Origin: an uncultured Fibrobacterales bacterium
GTDB lineage: Bacteria > Fibrobacterota > Fibrobacteria > Fibrobacterales > CAWVXU01
Reading direction: 5' to 3'
Assembly (NCBI GenBank): GCA_963934255.1
Contig: CAWVXU010000061.1
Location: 1-15,688, forward strand
DNA: 15,688 nt
Below, in pieces: positions 7,480 to 15,688 of this stretch (position 1 is the stretch's first letter; the number at the start of each line of letters is the position of its first letter). The position numbers and the translations under genes were made by a program. The notes below the pieces were generated by a model. The model was given only the letters and a program-made list of their open reading frames with translations. It had not been told where the DNA came from and searched no databases.

Positions 7480-10077
7480 ATGAGCTCAGAGTCGAACCAA
7501 GATTCAGCCGCCAATTGGGCGCGTAATTATGTTGAATTTGCTAATAAATTCAAATATATTTTACTTGTATTAGCAATTGTTCTGGCCGCCGGAAGTCTTT
7601 ATTACACCAAAGACAACCTGCGCCTCAACAATGACCTAGCCTCTCTCTTACCTGAGAACGCCCCGACCATCTTAGGACTCAAAGAGTCCAACAAACGCTT
7701 CGGTGCCACAGACAAATTCATGATTGCCGTTCAAGCAGATGATCCGGTAATCATCGCCAAATTTCAAGACTCCATCAAAAAGATTGTGGATGAAACTTGG
7801 ACTGATGTGATGGTTCGATCACAAATCAAACGCGACAACCAATTTTTTGAAGATAACGCGCTGATGTACTTACCGGTAATCGACCTTGAGCGCATCCGCG
7901 ATAACCTAGTGACTCTGCAAGTAGAAATGGGTGCCAAGGGTAACTTCATGGTAGTCGACCTCAAGTCGGAGGAAGAAAAAGCCAAACCTAAAGAAGACCT
8001 GGTTTGGTTTAATGCTAACGCTCCTCAAGAGCTTGGTTTACCAGATGAAGCCGCTGCCGTTTTCTCTCAGTTTTTTAAAGAAAAAGAAAAAAAATCCCCA
8101 TCTGATGCAGCCGGTCTAGCTGGTAAACTAAACGCCAAGCCCAAAAAGAAAAAATGGGATCCCAAAGCCAACATTCCTGATGACTTAAAAAGTCGCTTAA
8201 TTGGTCAAGACAAGTCAGATAGTTCATTCAATGGCATAGTCATTCTCAAGCTCAATGAACCTTCTACTAACCTCAATTTTACTCAAGTCATATTGGACAA
8301 ATCCGAAGCACTCCTAGCGCCATTTCGTGCTGCTCACCCTGAGGTGCTTTTTGCAGTCGCAGGTACATATGAGGGTCTCAAAGATGTCGAAGAGATGGCA
8401 TCAGACGGCAAGCTCTCTACATTGATTTCGATTATAGCAATCATTCTTTTTCTTATCATTTTCTTTAGATCAATTCAGGCGCCGATTGTGTTAATTTCAC
8501 AAGTGGCATTTGCTATTATCATCATGCTTTTCTTTACTGCGATGATCTATGGTCAACTCAATCCGTTCACTTTATTTGTAGCGGCGATCATATTTGGTAT
8601 GGGGATTGATTTTAGTATTCACATGATGGGAAACACTCAACGGATTCATTCCCAAAAGGGTAATTTGGTGGATGCACTCAGTGAGACACTATCAGAACTT
8701 ATTTGGCCAATGGGTCTAGCAGCTCTTACTACTGTTGCAGGACTTTTGACTCTACTCATCGCCGACTTTAAAGGCTTCTATGAATTTGGTATCATCGCCT
8801 CGATTGGAATCACCTTGAGTTTAGGTACGGCACTTTTTGGGCTGCCGGTACTACTACTCATTACAGGTGGTTTACCAAAGAAAAAGGCGATGACAATTTT
8901 CCCTGCAAGTTGGTCAGAATCACAAATTATGACTTTCCTCAGTCGCGGTATAAGGGTTCTGGCTGTGGTTACCCTAGTGATGGCATTTTTTGCTCCTTAT
9001 GCTGAGTTTGAACACAACATGAGAAATCTTCGTAGTGAAAAAAAGGCAAGCATCAAAAAAGTGCGCAAAGTCAAAACCGGCGTGGCTGAAACATCTAATC
9101 GTAAAAGCTCACAACCCATTGCCGTGCTAGGTGATACTCAAGAAGAGCTCCAGAAACTACACGATTCTTTGATGGTTCGGAAGCACACTCAAAAAGATTC
9201 TTATTTGAGATCATGGCTGACTTTAAGTTCATTTGTGCCACCAGCTGATGCTCAAGAGGAGCGCATGGAAATCATTGAAGAGATTGATGAGCTCATCAAT
9301 GCCAAAGCTTTTGATAAAGCCAAAGGTGAAGATCTAGATATGGTCACTAAACTTCGCGGGCTTGTTGGAGTTGAAGAATTTACTCCAGAAGACATCCCTG
9401 CATGGGCTCTAGATCTACTCAAAGAAAAAGACGGATCTTATGGTAAGGTTGGATTTATTTATGGTTCGTTTGAAAGTTGGAACGCACGCGATGTCGCCAA
9501 ATTTCAAGATGCATATGGACATTGGAATTTCGGCGGTAAAGATCTTCGTTCATTCTCAAGTTCATTTATTTTCTCAGATGTGATTCGACTGGTCAAGGCC
9601 GACTCCATGAAGATGGGTGTTTTCATCTCTCTGGTACTCATCATGACATTGTTTATCACCTTACGTAAATTCAAACTCGTACTCATATCATTTGGGACAT
9701 TAGCACTCGGTTGTTTCATTACCATCGGCATGATGGGTGTATTTAATTTGACTCTAGGGATTGGCAAAATTGGTATTTATAACGTAATTGTGATCCCTAC
9801 ACTTCTAGGTGTGGGGATTGATGCAATCATCCATTTGCTGGTGGCTTTCCAACAACAAAAGAAGAAAAGTCTTCATAAACTATACAACAATACCGGGTTG
9901 ATGGTCATTGCTTCAAGTTTGACTACAGGTATGGGCTTCTTTGGAGTGTTATTTGTGTCCCATCGGGGGATGAGAACCATCGGAGAGCTCGCAGTTCTTG
10001 GCATATTGTGTACATTAATGGTATCATTAATTTTGACACCGTGGTTGAGTAAAAAATTCATCAAAGAAGATGAATAA
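7480..10077 (+). CDS. MMPL/RND-superfamily lipid transporter (HpnN-like)
   Basis: Two repeats of 1 TM + large extracytoplasmic loop + 5 TM. Signature motifs GMGIDFSIH and GVGIDAIIH, AALTT and SSLTT, DFKGFYEFG and SHRGMRTIG. GGGGGAG RBS upstream. Confidence 0.9.
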   Translation: MSSESNQDSAANWARNYVEFANKFKYILLVLAIVLAAGSLYYTKDNLRLNNDLASLLPENAPTILGLKESNKRFGATDKFMIAVQADDPVIIAKFQDSIKKIVDETWTDVMVRSQIKRDNQFFEDNALMYLPVIDLERIRDNLVTLQVEMGAKGNFMVVDLKSEEEKAKPKEDLVWFNANAPQELGLPDEAAAVFSQFFKEKEKKSPSDAAGLAGKLNAKPKKKKWDPKANIPDDLKSRLIGQDKSDSSFNGIVILKLNEPSTNLNFTQVILDKSEALLAPFRAAHPEVLFAVAGTYEGLKDVEEMASDGKLSTLISIIAIILFLIIFFRSIQAPIVLISQVAFAIIIMLFFTAMIYGQLNPFTLFVAAIIFGMGIDFSIHMMGNTQRIHSQKGNLVDALSETLSELIWPMGLAALTTVAGLLTLLIADFKGFYEFGIIASIGITLSLGTALFGLPVLLLITGGLPKKKAMTIFPASWSESQIMTFLSRGIRVLAVVTLVMAFFAPYAEFEHNMRNLRSEKKASIKKVRKVKTGVAETSNRKSSQPIAVLGDTQEELQKLHDSLMVRKHTQKDSYLRSWLTLSSFVPPADAQEERMEIIEEIDELINAKAFDKAKGEDLDMVTKLRGLVGVEEFTPEDIPAWALDLLKEKDGSYGKVGFIYGSFESWNARDVAKFQDAYGHWNFGGKDLRSFSSSFIFSDVIRLVKADSMKMGVFISLVLIMTLFITLRKFKLVLISFGTLALGCFITIGMMGVFNLTLGIGKIGIYNVIVIPTLLGVGIDAIIHLLVAFQQQKKKSLHKLYNNTGLMVIASSLTTGMGFFGVLFVSHRGMRTIGELAVLGILCTLMVSLILTPWLSKKFIKEDE

Positions 10078-10103
10078 ATTTTATTGAAAAGTCGGGAGAG
10101 ACT

Positions 10104-10709
10104 GTGGCACAATCTGTAGTGTTTGCTCAAAACTTAAAAGCACATCTCGAGATGATGACTCAGCTGTCATCACTTGAAAGTGATATTCATTATATGATTA
10201 AATGTATGCACATGTGCTTTGAAGCAGGTGGCAAAATTCTCATCGCAGGCAACGGAGGTTCAGCATCTGATGCTCAACATTTCGCTTCAGAATTTACAGG
10301 GCGCTTCAACGCACCCAATCGGCAAGCCCTTGCCGCAATTGCACTGACTACAGATATTTCAGCGATTACTTCTATTTCAAATGATTTTGGTTTTGAATTT
10401 ATTTTCAGTCGTCAATTAGAAGCACTAGCTAAGCCACAAGACATTTTTATCGGAATCACCACATCAGGTAATTCACCAAATATCATACGAGCAGTTGATT
10501 ACGCCCATCAGCAGAAGATTCAATCCTTTGTGCTCAGTGGCAAATCAGGTGGAAAACTCAACGCACTTTTGTGTGAAAAAAACATTGTCGTACCTTCTCA
10601 AGAAACTGCACGCATCCAAGAAGCGCATATTTTTATCATTCATTATATCTGTCAATATTTTGATGAACTTTATGCCTTGGAGACAGTTGAAAACTTGGAG
10701 TCCAAATGA
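10104..10709 (+). CDS. gmhA: Phosphoheptose (sedoheptulose-7-phosphate) isomerase
   Basis: GNGGSASDAQHFASEFTGRF, NDFGFEFIFSRQLEA, TTSGNSPN, ARIQEAH. GTG start after GGGAGAG. Directly upstream of hldE. Confidence 0.92.
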   Translation: MAQSVVFAQNLKAHLEMMTQLSSLESDIHYMIKCMHMCFEAGGKILIAGNGGSASDAQHFASEFTGRFNAPNRQALAAIALTTDISAITSISNDFGFEFIFSRQLEALAKPQDIFIGITTSGNSPNIIRAVDYAHQQKIQSFVLSGKSGGKLNALLCEKNIVVPSQETARIQEAHIFIIHYICQYFDELYALETVENLESK

Positions 10710-12190
10710 ACGATAAAAATCAAGAAAACAAGATTAAAACAGAATTTGAAAAACACATTCTTGGAACTAATGCTAAAATCTTAGTTATTGGTGATCTCAT
10801 GTTGGATGAATATATTCAAGGTACAACTACGAGAATTTCACCGGAAGCCCCTGTTCCGATTTTGCGTCATAATTCAACTGAACAGCGCTTAGGTGGTGCT
10901 GCCAATCTTGCGGCCAATATTAAAACTCTAGGATTGAATGTAGAACTTGCAGGGATTTACTCTAAAGACTTGACTGGAGAAATTCTACAGAGTAAGTGCA
11001 GTGATTTAGGTATCAAGCTGCATTCATTAGTTCCAAGCTCTCAACTCCCTACAATATCCAAAATCCGGGTTGTATCGGGCAATCAACAACTCATTAGGAT
11101 TGATCGTGAAGAAGTTTTTAAAGCTAGTGCCGACACACTTATTGAAGGTGAAGAAGTCCTACTTAATCTCTTAGAAAATGTTGATTGGGTAGTCCTATCA
11201 GATTATGCCAAAGGTACATTACAACAATCATGGCTCAAAATAATTCTACGAAAAAATCGTCAATGGAAAGTCTATGTAGATCCCAAGTCTAATGATTGGA
11301 ACATCTATCGAGGTGCCGATTTAATCTCACCTAATTTCAAAGAGTTTAGCGAAGTAGCTCATGTGAATCATCTTGAAAATTCAATTGAATCTCAACTGCT
11401 TACCAACACACATTGCAACATCGTAGATATTGCAAATCTTCTGCGTCACAAATATGAGCTAGGCTCTATTCTCGTGACTCGTGGAGACATGGGGGTGAGT
11501 TTAATTTCGTTAGACTTAGCAGTCGAAGAAAGGTCCCTGGCTCGCGAAGTATTTGATGTTTGTGGGGCAGGCGATACGGTTCTTGCAGCCTTTTGTGTAG
11601 CACAAATCTTTGGAGAAAGCTTAGAGGACTCGATGCATCACGCAAATATTGCAGCCGGTATCGCAGTCTCTCGACAAGGCACGGCCCAAGTCACTCAAGC
11701 CGAGCTCACTGAGGCTCTTCGCGGCAGACATTGGCACCGGAAGATGGTGAGCGCAGATGAGTTTGTTAAACAAGCAAAATTGGCTCGTAGTCAAGGTCGC
11801 CGGGTTGTCTTTACCAATGGTTGTTTTGATGTCATTCACCGCGGGCATATACAGTACTTACAAGAGGCTGCTGAAAAGGGTGACTTACTCTTTTTGGCAC
11901 TTAATTCGGATGATTCAGTATCTAGACTTAAAGGTCCCAGTCGTCCGATTAATGAAGAGGCCGATCGAGCCTTTGTTTTGGGTAACCTTGCCACAGTGGA
12001 CTGGATTTGCGTCTTTAGTAGTGATACTCCAGAGTCCTTAATTCAAGACATTCAGCCAGATGTATTGGTAAAGGGTGGGGATTATAAAATAAGTGAAGTA
12101 GTCGGAGGGCAGTGGGCCAAGTCCGTTCAAATCGTCTCTTTTGTCGACGGATATTCTACTAGCAATACTTTGAAAAGATTCGAGGAATAA
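10706..12190 (+). CDS. hldE: Bifunctional heptose-7-phosphate kinase / heptose-1-phosphate adenylyltransferase
   Basis: PfkB kinase motifs GDLMLDEY, RISPEAPVP, GGAANLA, SDYAKG and DVCGAGDTV, plus the nucleotidyltransferase motif FTNGCFDVIHRGH and VKGGDY. ATGA overlap with gmhA. Confidence 0.95.
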   Translation: MNDKNQENKIKTEFEKHILGTNAKILVIGDLMLDEYIQGTTTRISPEAPVPILRHNSTEQRLGGAANLAANIKTLGLNVELAGIYSKDLTGEILQSKCSDLGIKLHSLVPSSQLPTISKIRVVSGNQQLIRIDREEVFKASADTLIEGEEVLLNLLENVDWVVLSDYAKGTLQQSWLKIILRKNRQWKVYVDPKSNDWNIYRGADLISPNFKEFSEVAHVNHLENSIESQLLTNTHCNIVDIANLLRHKYELGSILVTRGDMGVSLISLDLAVEERSLAREVFDVCGAGDTVLAAFCVAQIFGESLEDSMHHANIAAGIAVSRQGTAQVTQAELTEALRGRHWHRKMVSADEFVKQAKLARSQGRRVVFTNGCFDVIHRGHIQYLQEAAEKGDLLFLALNSDDSVSRLKGPSRPINEEADRAFVLGNLATVDWICVFSSDTPESLIQDIQPDVLVKGGDYKISEVVGGQWAKSVQIVSFVDGYSTSNTLKRFEE

Positions 12191-13129
12191 ATGATTATTG
12201 TGACAGGTGGCTCCGGCTTTATTGGGTCAAATTTAATCGCTAGATTAAACCAAATGGGCTTTCAAGATATATTGATTATTGATCAACTTTTACATCCCAA
12301 ACAATTCAGAAATCTCATTGGATTAAAGTATACTGATCTGATTGACCCCAAGGATTTCATGATGCAAAATCATTTATACAATGATGCCGAATACATTTTC
12401 CATCTCGGTGCCAATACTGATACGACTGAACATGATTCTAGTATTATGATGAATCAGAATTATACCTACACCAAGGATATATTGGACTGGGCTCAAAAGA
12501 CTAAGATCAAAGTTTGCTATGCATCCAGCGCGTCTGTATATGGTGATGGTCAAAACGGATTTCAAGAGAAAATTGAATGTGAGGTTCCACTCAACATTTA
12601 TGGGTTTTCCAAATATCAAGTGGACCAATGGGTTCGTGCTCAGTTTAAAAATATTGATAACCAAGTGGTGGGTCTGCGCTTTTTTAATGTTTTTGGTCCT
12701 CAAGAAATACACAAAGGAAAAATGGCCTCGGTCGTGTACCAATTTCAAAAACAAATTAACGAAACGGATTCGTTTCAACTCTTTGAAGGAAGTGAACATT
12801 TCTATAGAGACTTTATCTATGTAAAAGATGTTGTTAATATCATGATACACTTTTTTGAACGTCCACATCTTTCAGGTATCTTTAATGCTGGGACAGGCAA
12901 GGCTCAAAGTTTCCTTGATCTAGCTAAAATTATCCAACAAAATAACGATGAATGTTTGCTTGAAAGCGTGCCATTCCCTGAACATCTCAATGGCTATTAT
13001 CAGAAATTTACTCAGGCGGATTTAACTGATCTTCAAAATATCGGATACGATTGTACTTTCACTCCGCTCGAAGAAGCTGTGGCAGAGTACGTGGAAATAT
13101 TGAAGAAAAATAATGGATACTTATTCTAG
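12191..13129 (+). CDS. hldD: ADP-L-glycero-D-manno-heptose 6-epimerase
   Basis: MIIVTGGSGFIGSN, YASSASVYG, PLNIYGFSK, RFFNVFGPQEIHKGKMASV, YQKFTQAD. Starts immediately after the hldE TAA. Confidence 0.95.
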   Translation: MIIVTGGSGFIGSNLIARLNQMGFQDILIIDQLLHPKQFRNLIGLKYTDLIDPKDFMMQNHLYNDAEYIFHLGANTDTTEHDSSIMMNQNYTYTKDILDWAQKTKIKVCYASSASVYGDGQNGFQEKIECEVPLNIYGFSKYQVDQWVRAQFKNIDNQVVGLRFFNVFGPQEIHKGKMASVVYQFQKQINETDSFQLFEGSEHFYRDFIYVKDVVNIMIHFFERPHLSGIFNAGTGKAQSFLDLAKIIQQNNDECLLESVPFPEHLNGYYQKFTQADLTDLQNIGYDCTFTPLEEAVAEYVEILKKNNGYLF

Positions 13130-13696
13130 ATGAGTCTGCATTCACTTGGTCAAACGGATTTAAATATTCAAGTGGAACCTTATATTTCTGCAGAAGAAAT
13201 TTTGCAAATCAATCAAGAGTTGGCTCAAACAATCACTCAACATTATGCCTCAAGTAAGGCTCCACTCATCGTAGTGGGACTTCTGCGAGGCTCATTTATC
13301 TTTATGGCAGACCTGGTGCGTCATATTAAGCTTCCATTAATTACTGATTTCATGACGGTTTCAAGTTATGGCAATCAGCAAAGAAGTAGCGGCAATGTCA
13401 AAATTGTGATGGACTTAGATGAGACAATTGATGGGTGTGATGTACTTTTGGTCGAAGATATCGTTGACACAGGTAATACTCTGGCATGTGTAGTCAATCT
13501 TCTTCAAGCTCGAAATCCACACTCCATTAAAGTCGTGAGTCTGCTTGATAAACCGAGTCGGCGAGAAGTCAAGGTGGTCGTGGATTTTTGTGGTCGACAG
13601 ATAGAAGATCAATTTGTGGTAGGATATGGGCTTGACTTTGCACAGAAATTCCGTAATTTACCTTATATCGGACTATACACAGGCTCAGAAGGATAG
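13130..13696 (+). CDS. hpt: Hypoxanthine phosphoribosyltransferase
   Basis: GLLRGSFIFMADLVR, SSYG, PRPP motif VEDIVDTGNTL, LLDKPSRR, FVVGYGLD..RNLPY. Confidence 0.95.
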   Translation: MSLHSLGQTDLNIQVEPYISAEEILQINQELAQTITQHYASSKAPLIVVGLLRGSFIFMADLVRHIKLPLITDFMTVSSYGNQQRSSGNVKIVMDLDETIDGCDVLLVEDIVDTGNTLACVVNLLQARNPHSIKVVSLLDKPSRREVKVVVDFCGRQIEDQFVVGYGLDFAQKFRNLPYIGLYTGSEG

Positions 13697-13762
13697 CCTT
13701 TTTTACTAAATTTAATCCAGATATTTGTGCTTCAATTACTGAGATAGGCACACGGAGGATAT

Positions 13763-14899
13763 ATGTCGAGTCAATATGGTTCACTTTTCAGCATAAGTAC
13801 ATGGGGCGAAAGTCACGGTAAAGGTCTTGGTGTCGTCGTAGATGGTTGCCCAGCGGGCCTTCCTATCACCGAAGAAGAGATTCAAGCTGAGTTAGATCTA
13901 CGAAGACCAGGTCAATCCAAGCTCACGACTCCTCGTAAAGAAGCCGACCACGTAGAAATCCTCTCAGGTGTCTTTGAGGGCTATACCACAGGGACTCCAA
14001 TCTCAATGGTGATTATTAATCAAGACCAGCGTTCACACGATTATGGTGACATGGTCAACTTGTACCGCCCTTCACATGCTGACTTAACTTATGACCTCAA
14101 ATACGGTTTTCGGGATTATCGTGGTGGTGGCCGTTCAAGTGCGCGCGAAACTGCTGGTCGAGTGGCTGCAGGTGCAATAGCACGCAAATTATTAACACAA
14201 CTTTGTGGTACAGATATCCTAGCTTATGTCTCACAAATCGGGCCGATTGATTCTCATATTGATCGAAATACCGTGACTCGCACTCAGATTGAAGCGACTC
14301 CTACACGTTGTCCAGACCCAAATGCTGCTCCACTAATGGAAACAGAAATTTTGACTGCTCGCAAAGAGCAAGACTCTATTGGCGGTGTTATTAGTTTCGT
14401 GGTTCGCAAACCTCCTATTGGAGTCGGTGAGCCAGTATTTAATCGATTAGAAGCAAACCTTGCTCAAGCGATGTTGTCTATTCCAGCGACTAAAGCTTTT
14501 GAGTTTGGCTCTGGGTTTGAAGGAACTCGCTTGCGTGGATCTGCCCATAATGATGCGATTTACCATAAAGACGGTGAGTTCCATACCAAGACCAATCGTG
14601 CAGGTGGGATTCTTGGTGGCGTGAGTAATGGCGAAGACATTTATGGTCGCGTAGGCTTTAAACCAACAGCCACGATTTCTCAAGATCAAGAGACGACAGA
14701 TCAGGATGGCAACTCAGCTATCTTAAAAGCTAAAGGCCGTCACGACCCTTGCGTCGTGCCTCGAGCTCCGATTATTGTTGAGGCGATGATTGCTTTAACA
14801 CTTATTGACTTGTATCTTGAACAAAGAGGACGAGATTTAAAAACTGAATTAAAAGACAAATTCAAGACTGATTTAAATATTGACTCAGCAGGTAAGTAA
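13763..14899 (+). CDS. aroC: Chorismate synthase
   Basis: GESHG, RPSHAD, GGGRSSARETAGRVAAGA, GGILGGVSNG, FKPTATI, GRHDPCVVPRA. GGAGG RBS at 13754-13758. Confidence 0.97.
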   Translation: MSSQYGSLFSISTWGESHGKGLGVVVDGCPAGLPITEEEIQAELDLRRPGQSKLTTPRKEADHVEILSGVFEGYTTGTPISMVIINQDQRSHDYGDMVNLYRPSHADLTYDLKYGFRDYRGGGRSSARETAGRVAAGAIARKLLTQLCGTDILAYVSQIGPIDSHIDRNTVTRTQIEATPTRCPDPNAAPLMETEILTARKEQDSIGGVISFVVRKPPIGVGEPVFNRLEANLAQAMLSIPATKAFEFGSGFEGTRLRGSAHNDAIYHKDGEFHTKTNRAGGILGGVSNGEDIYGRVGFKPTATISQDQETTDQDGNSAILKAKGRHDPCVVPRAPIIVEAMIALTLIDLYLEQRGRDLKTELKDKFKTDLNIDSAGK

Positions 14900-15462
14900 T
14901 GTTAGATTCTGCCAATAAGTCAAATCAAATAAACTATTCCACTGAGTGTCCGGCTTGTCATATGCAAAGTCTCAATAGTGTGGCTATGGATATTGAAGGT
15001 TTTAAAATTTGTTCTCATTGTTATTGCACAGTATTACCGTGGTCCAAGCTTCAGACCATTAAACGTAAAGTCATGTTTGTTTCTCGCAAGAAATGGGCTG
15101 AGGCATTAAATAACGCCCCTATTGTGGAGCTAAAACCATCATGCCTGATACACAATACTCCACTCACCTTAAGCAAACTGAAAGACTATGGTACTTTAGA
15201 GGCTTGGCAACATGAGAGTAGTGACAATAATAAATGTGAGATGATAATAGTTACTCCAGTTGTGATGGCTGAAATCATGGCAGGCTCCACTCAAATTCGT
15301 GAAAAATTCAGTTCGACTAAACATCGCTCCAAAGAAAAGTGGAATCCACTTGCTTTCATTGGCAAATTATTTTCCGGTGGTGAGGATGATAATATAGATG
15401 ATCTTTTAGAAGACATTCAGTTTCAACGTAAAATTGCTCCGGCGCTCGGATTAAAAAAATAG
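14899..15462 (+). CDS. Hypothetical protein with Zn-ribbon-like Cys/His motifs
   Basis: 187 aa, coupled to aroC by TAATG and to the next gene by TAGTG. Contains CPAC...CSHC and CLIH...H...C. Confidence 0.75.
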   Translation: MLDSANKSNQINYSTECPACHMQSLNSVAMDIEGFKICSHCYCTVLPWSKLQTIKRKVMFVSRKKWAEALNNAPIVELKPSCLIHNTPLTLSKLKDYGTLEAWQHESSDNNKCEMIIVTPVVMAEIMAGSTQIREKFSSTKHRSKEKWNPLAFIGKLFSGGEDDNIDDLLEDIQFQRKIAPALGLKK

Positions 15463-15688
15463 TGAGCTCTCCACTCAAAGTTCAAAACTGGCTTGCAGAT
15501 ATAGAACGAGTTTTCTTAGATCTTGATGGTACGCTCTACCTAGGAGAGACCCCCTTAAAAGGCGCTCTAGAGTTAGTCAATGGGTTAAGATCTCAAGACA
15601 TCCCTATTCACTTTATTTCAAACAACACCTCTAATGCTCGTAGTCAAGGGATAGACAAATTAAAACGTCTTGGATTTCAACCTCGACC
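15462..15688 (+). CDS. HAD-superfamily subfamily IIA (NagD-like) hydrolase, 3' end outside window
   Basis: Manual translation from GTG overlapping the upstream TAG: MSSPLKVQNWLADIERVFLDLDGTLYLGETPLKGALELVNGLRSQDIPIHFISNNTSNARSQGIDKLKRLGFQPR. Has motif I DLDGT and motif II SNN typical of HAD-IIA. Not in the ORF track. Confidence 0.88.
   Translation, partial: MSSPLKVQNWLADIERVFLDLDGTLYLGETPLKGALELVNGLRSQDIPIHFISNNTSNARSQGIDKLKRLGFQPR

Noticed and set aside
8071..8094. A8 and neighbouring homopolymer runs in the MMPL gene as a phase-variation tract
   Set aside because: Frame is intact and the runs simply encode Lys/Glu; too short to be convincing.
6600..14689. Short nested or antisense ORFs in GT, MMPL, gmhA, hldE, hldD, hpt and aroC (including 164 aa at 12374..12868)
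   Set aside because: Overlap conserved genes and show no family signal.
1..15688. CRISPR array, tRNA/rRNA, IS or prophage genes
   Set aside because: No spaced repeats, RNA-gene signatures, transposase or integrase seen; the longest intergenic gap is about 330 nt.

Overview
Bacterial chromosomal window with no mobile element, CRISPR array or rRNA/tRNA visible. The left half is on the minus strand: RapA/HepA SNF2 ATPase, a LytS-type sensor kinase with its LytTR response regulator, and a PhyH-family Fe(II)/2-oxoglutarate dioxygenase that runs off the left edge and is absent from the ORF track. The right half is on the plus strand: a divergent GT-B (GT4-like) glycosyltransferase, an MMPL/HpnN-like RND transporter, gmhA-hldE-hldD (ADP-L-glycero-D-manno-heptose synthesis, no gmhB, no waaC/waaF), hpt, aroC, a Cys/His Zn-ribbon-like hypothetical protein, and a HAD-IIA (NagD-like) hydrolase that runs off the right edge and is also absent from the track. 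The best candidate for an undescribed system is the GT + MMPL + ADP-heptose block, a possible non-LPS heptosyl-lipid synthesis/export module; this is inference from gene context and GT motif changes. A recurrent TAnnTTTG upstream motif together with Shine-Dalgarno sites hints at an FCB-group (possibly Fibrobacterota-like) host; that taxonomic reading is unverified.
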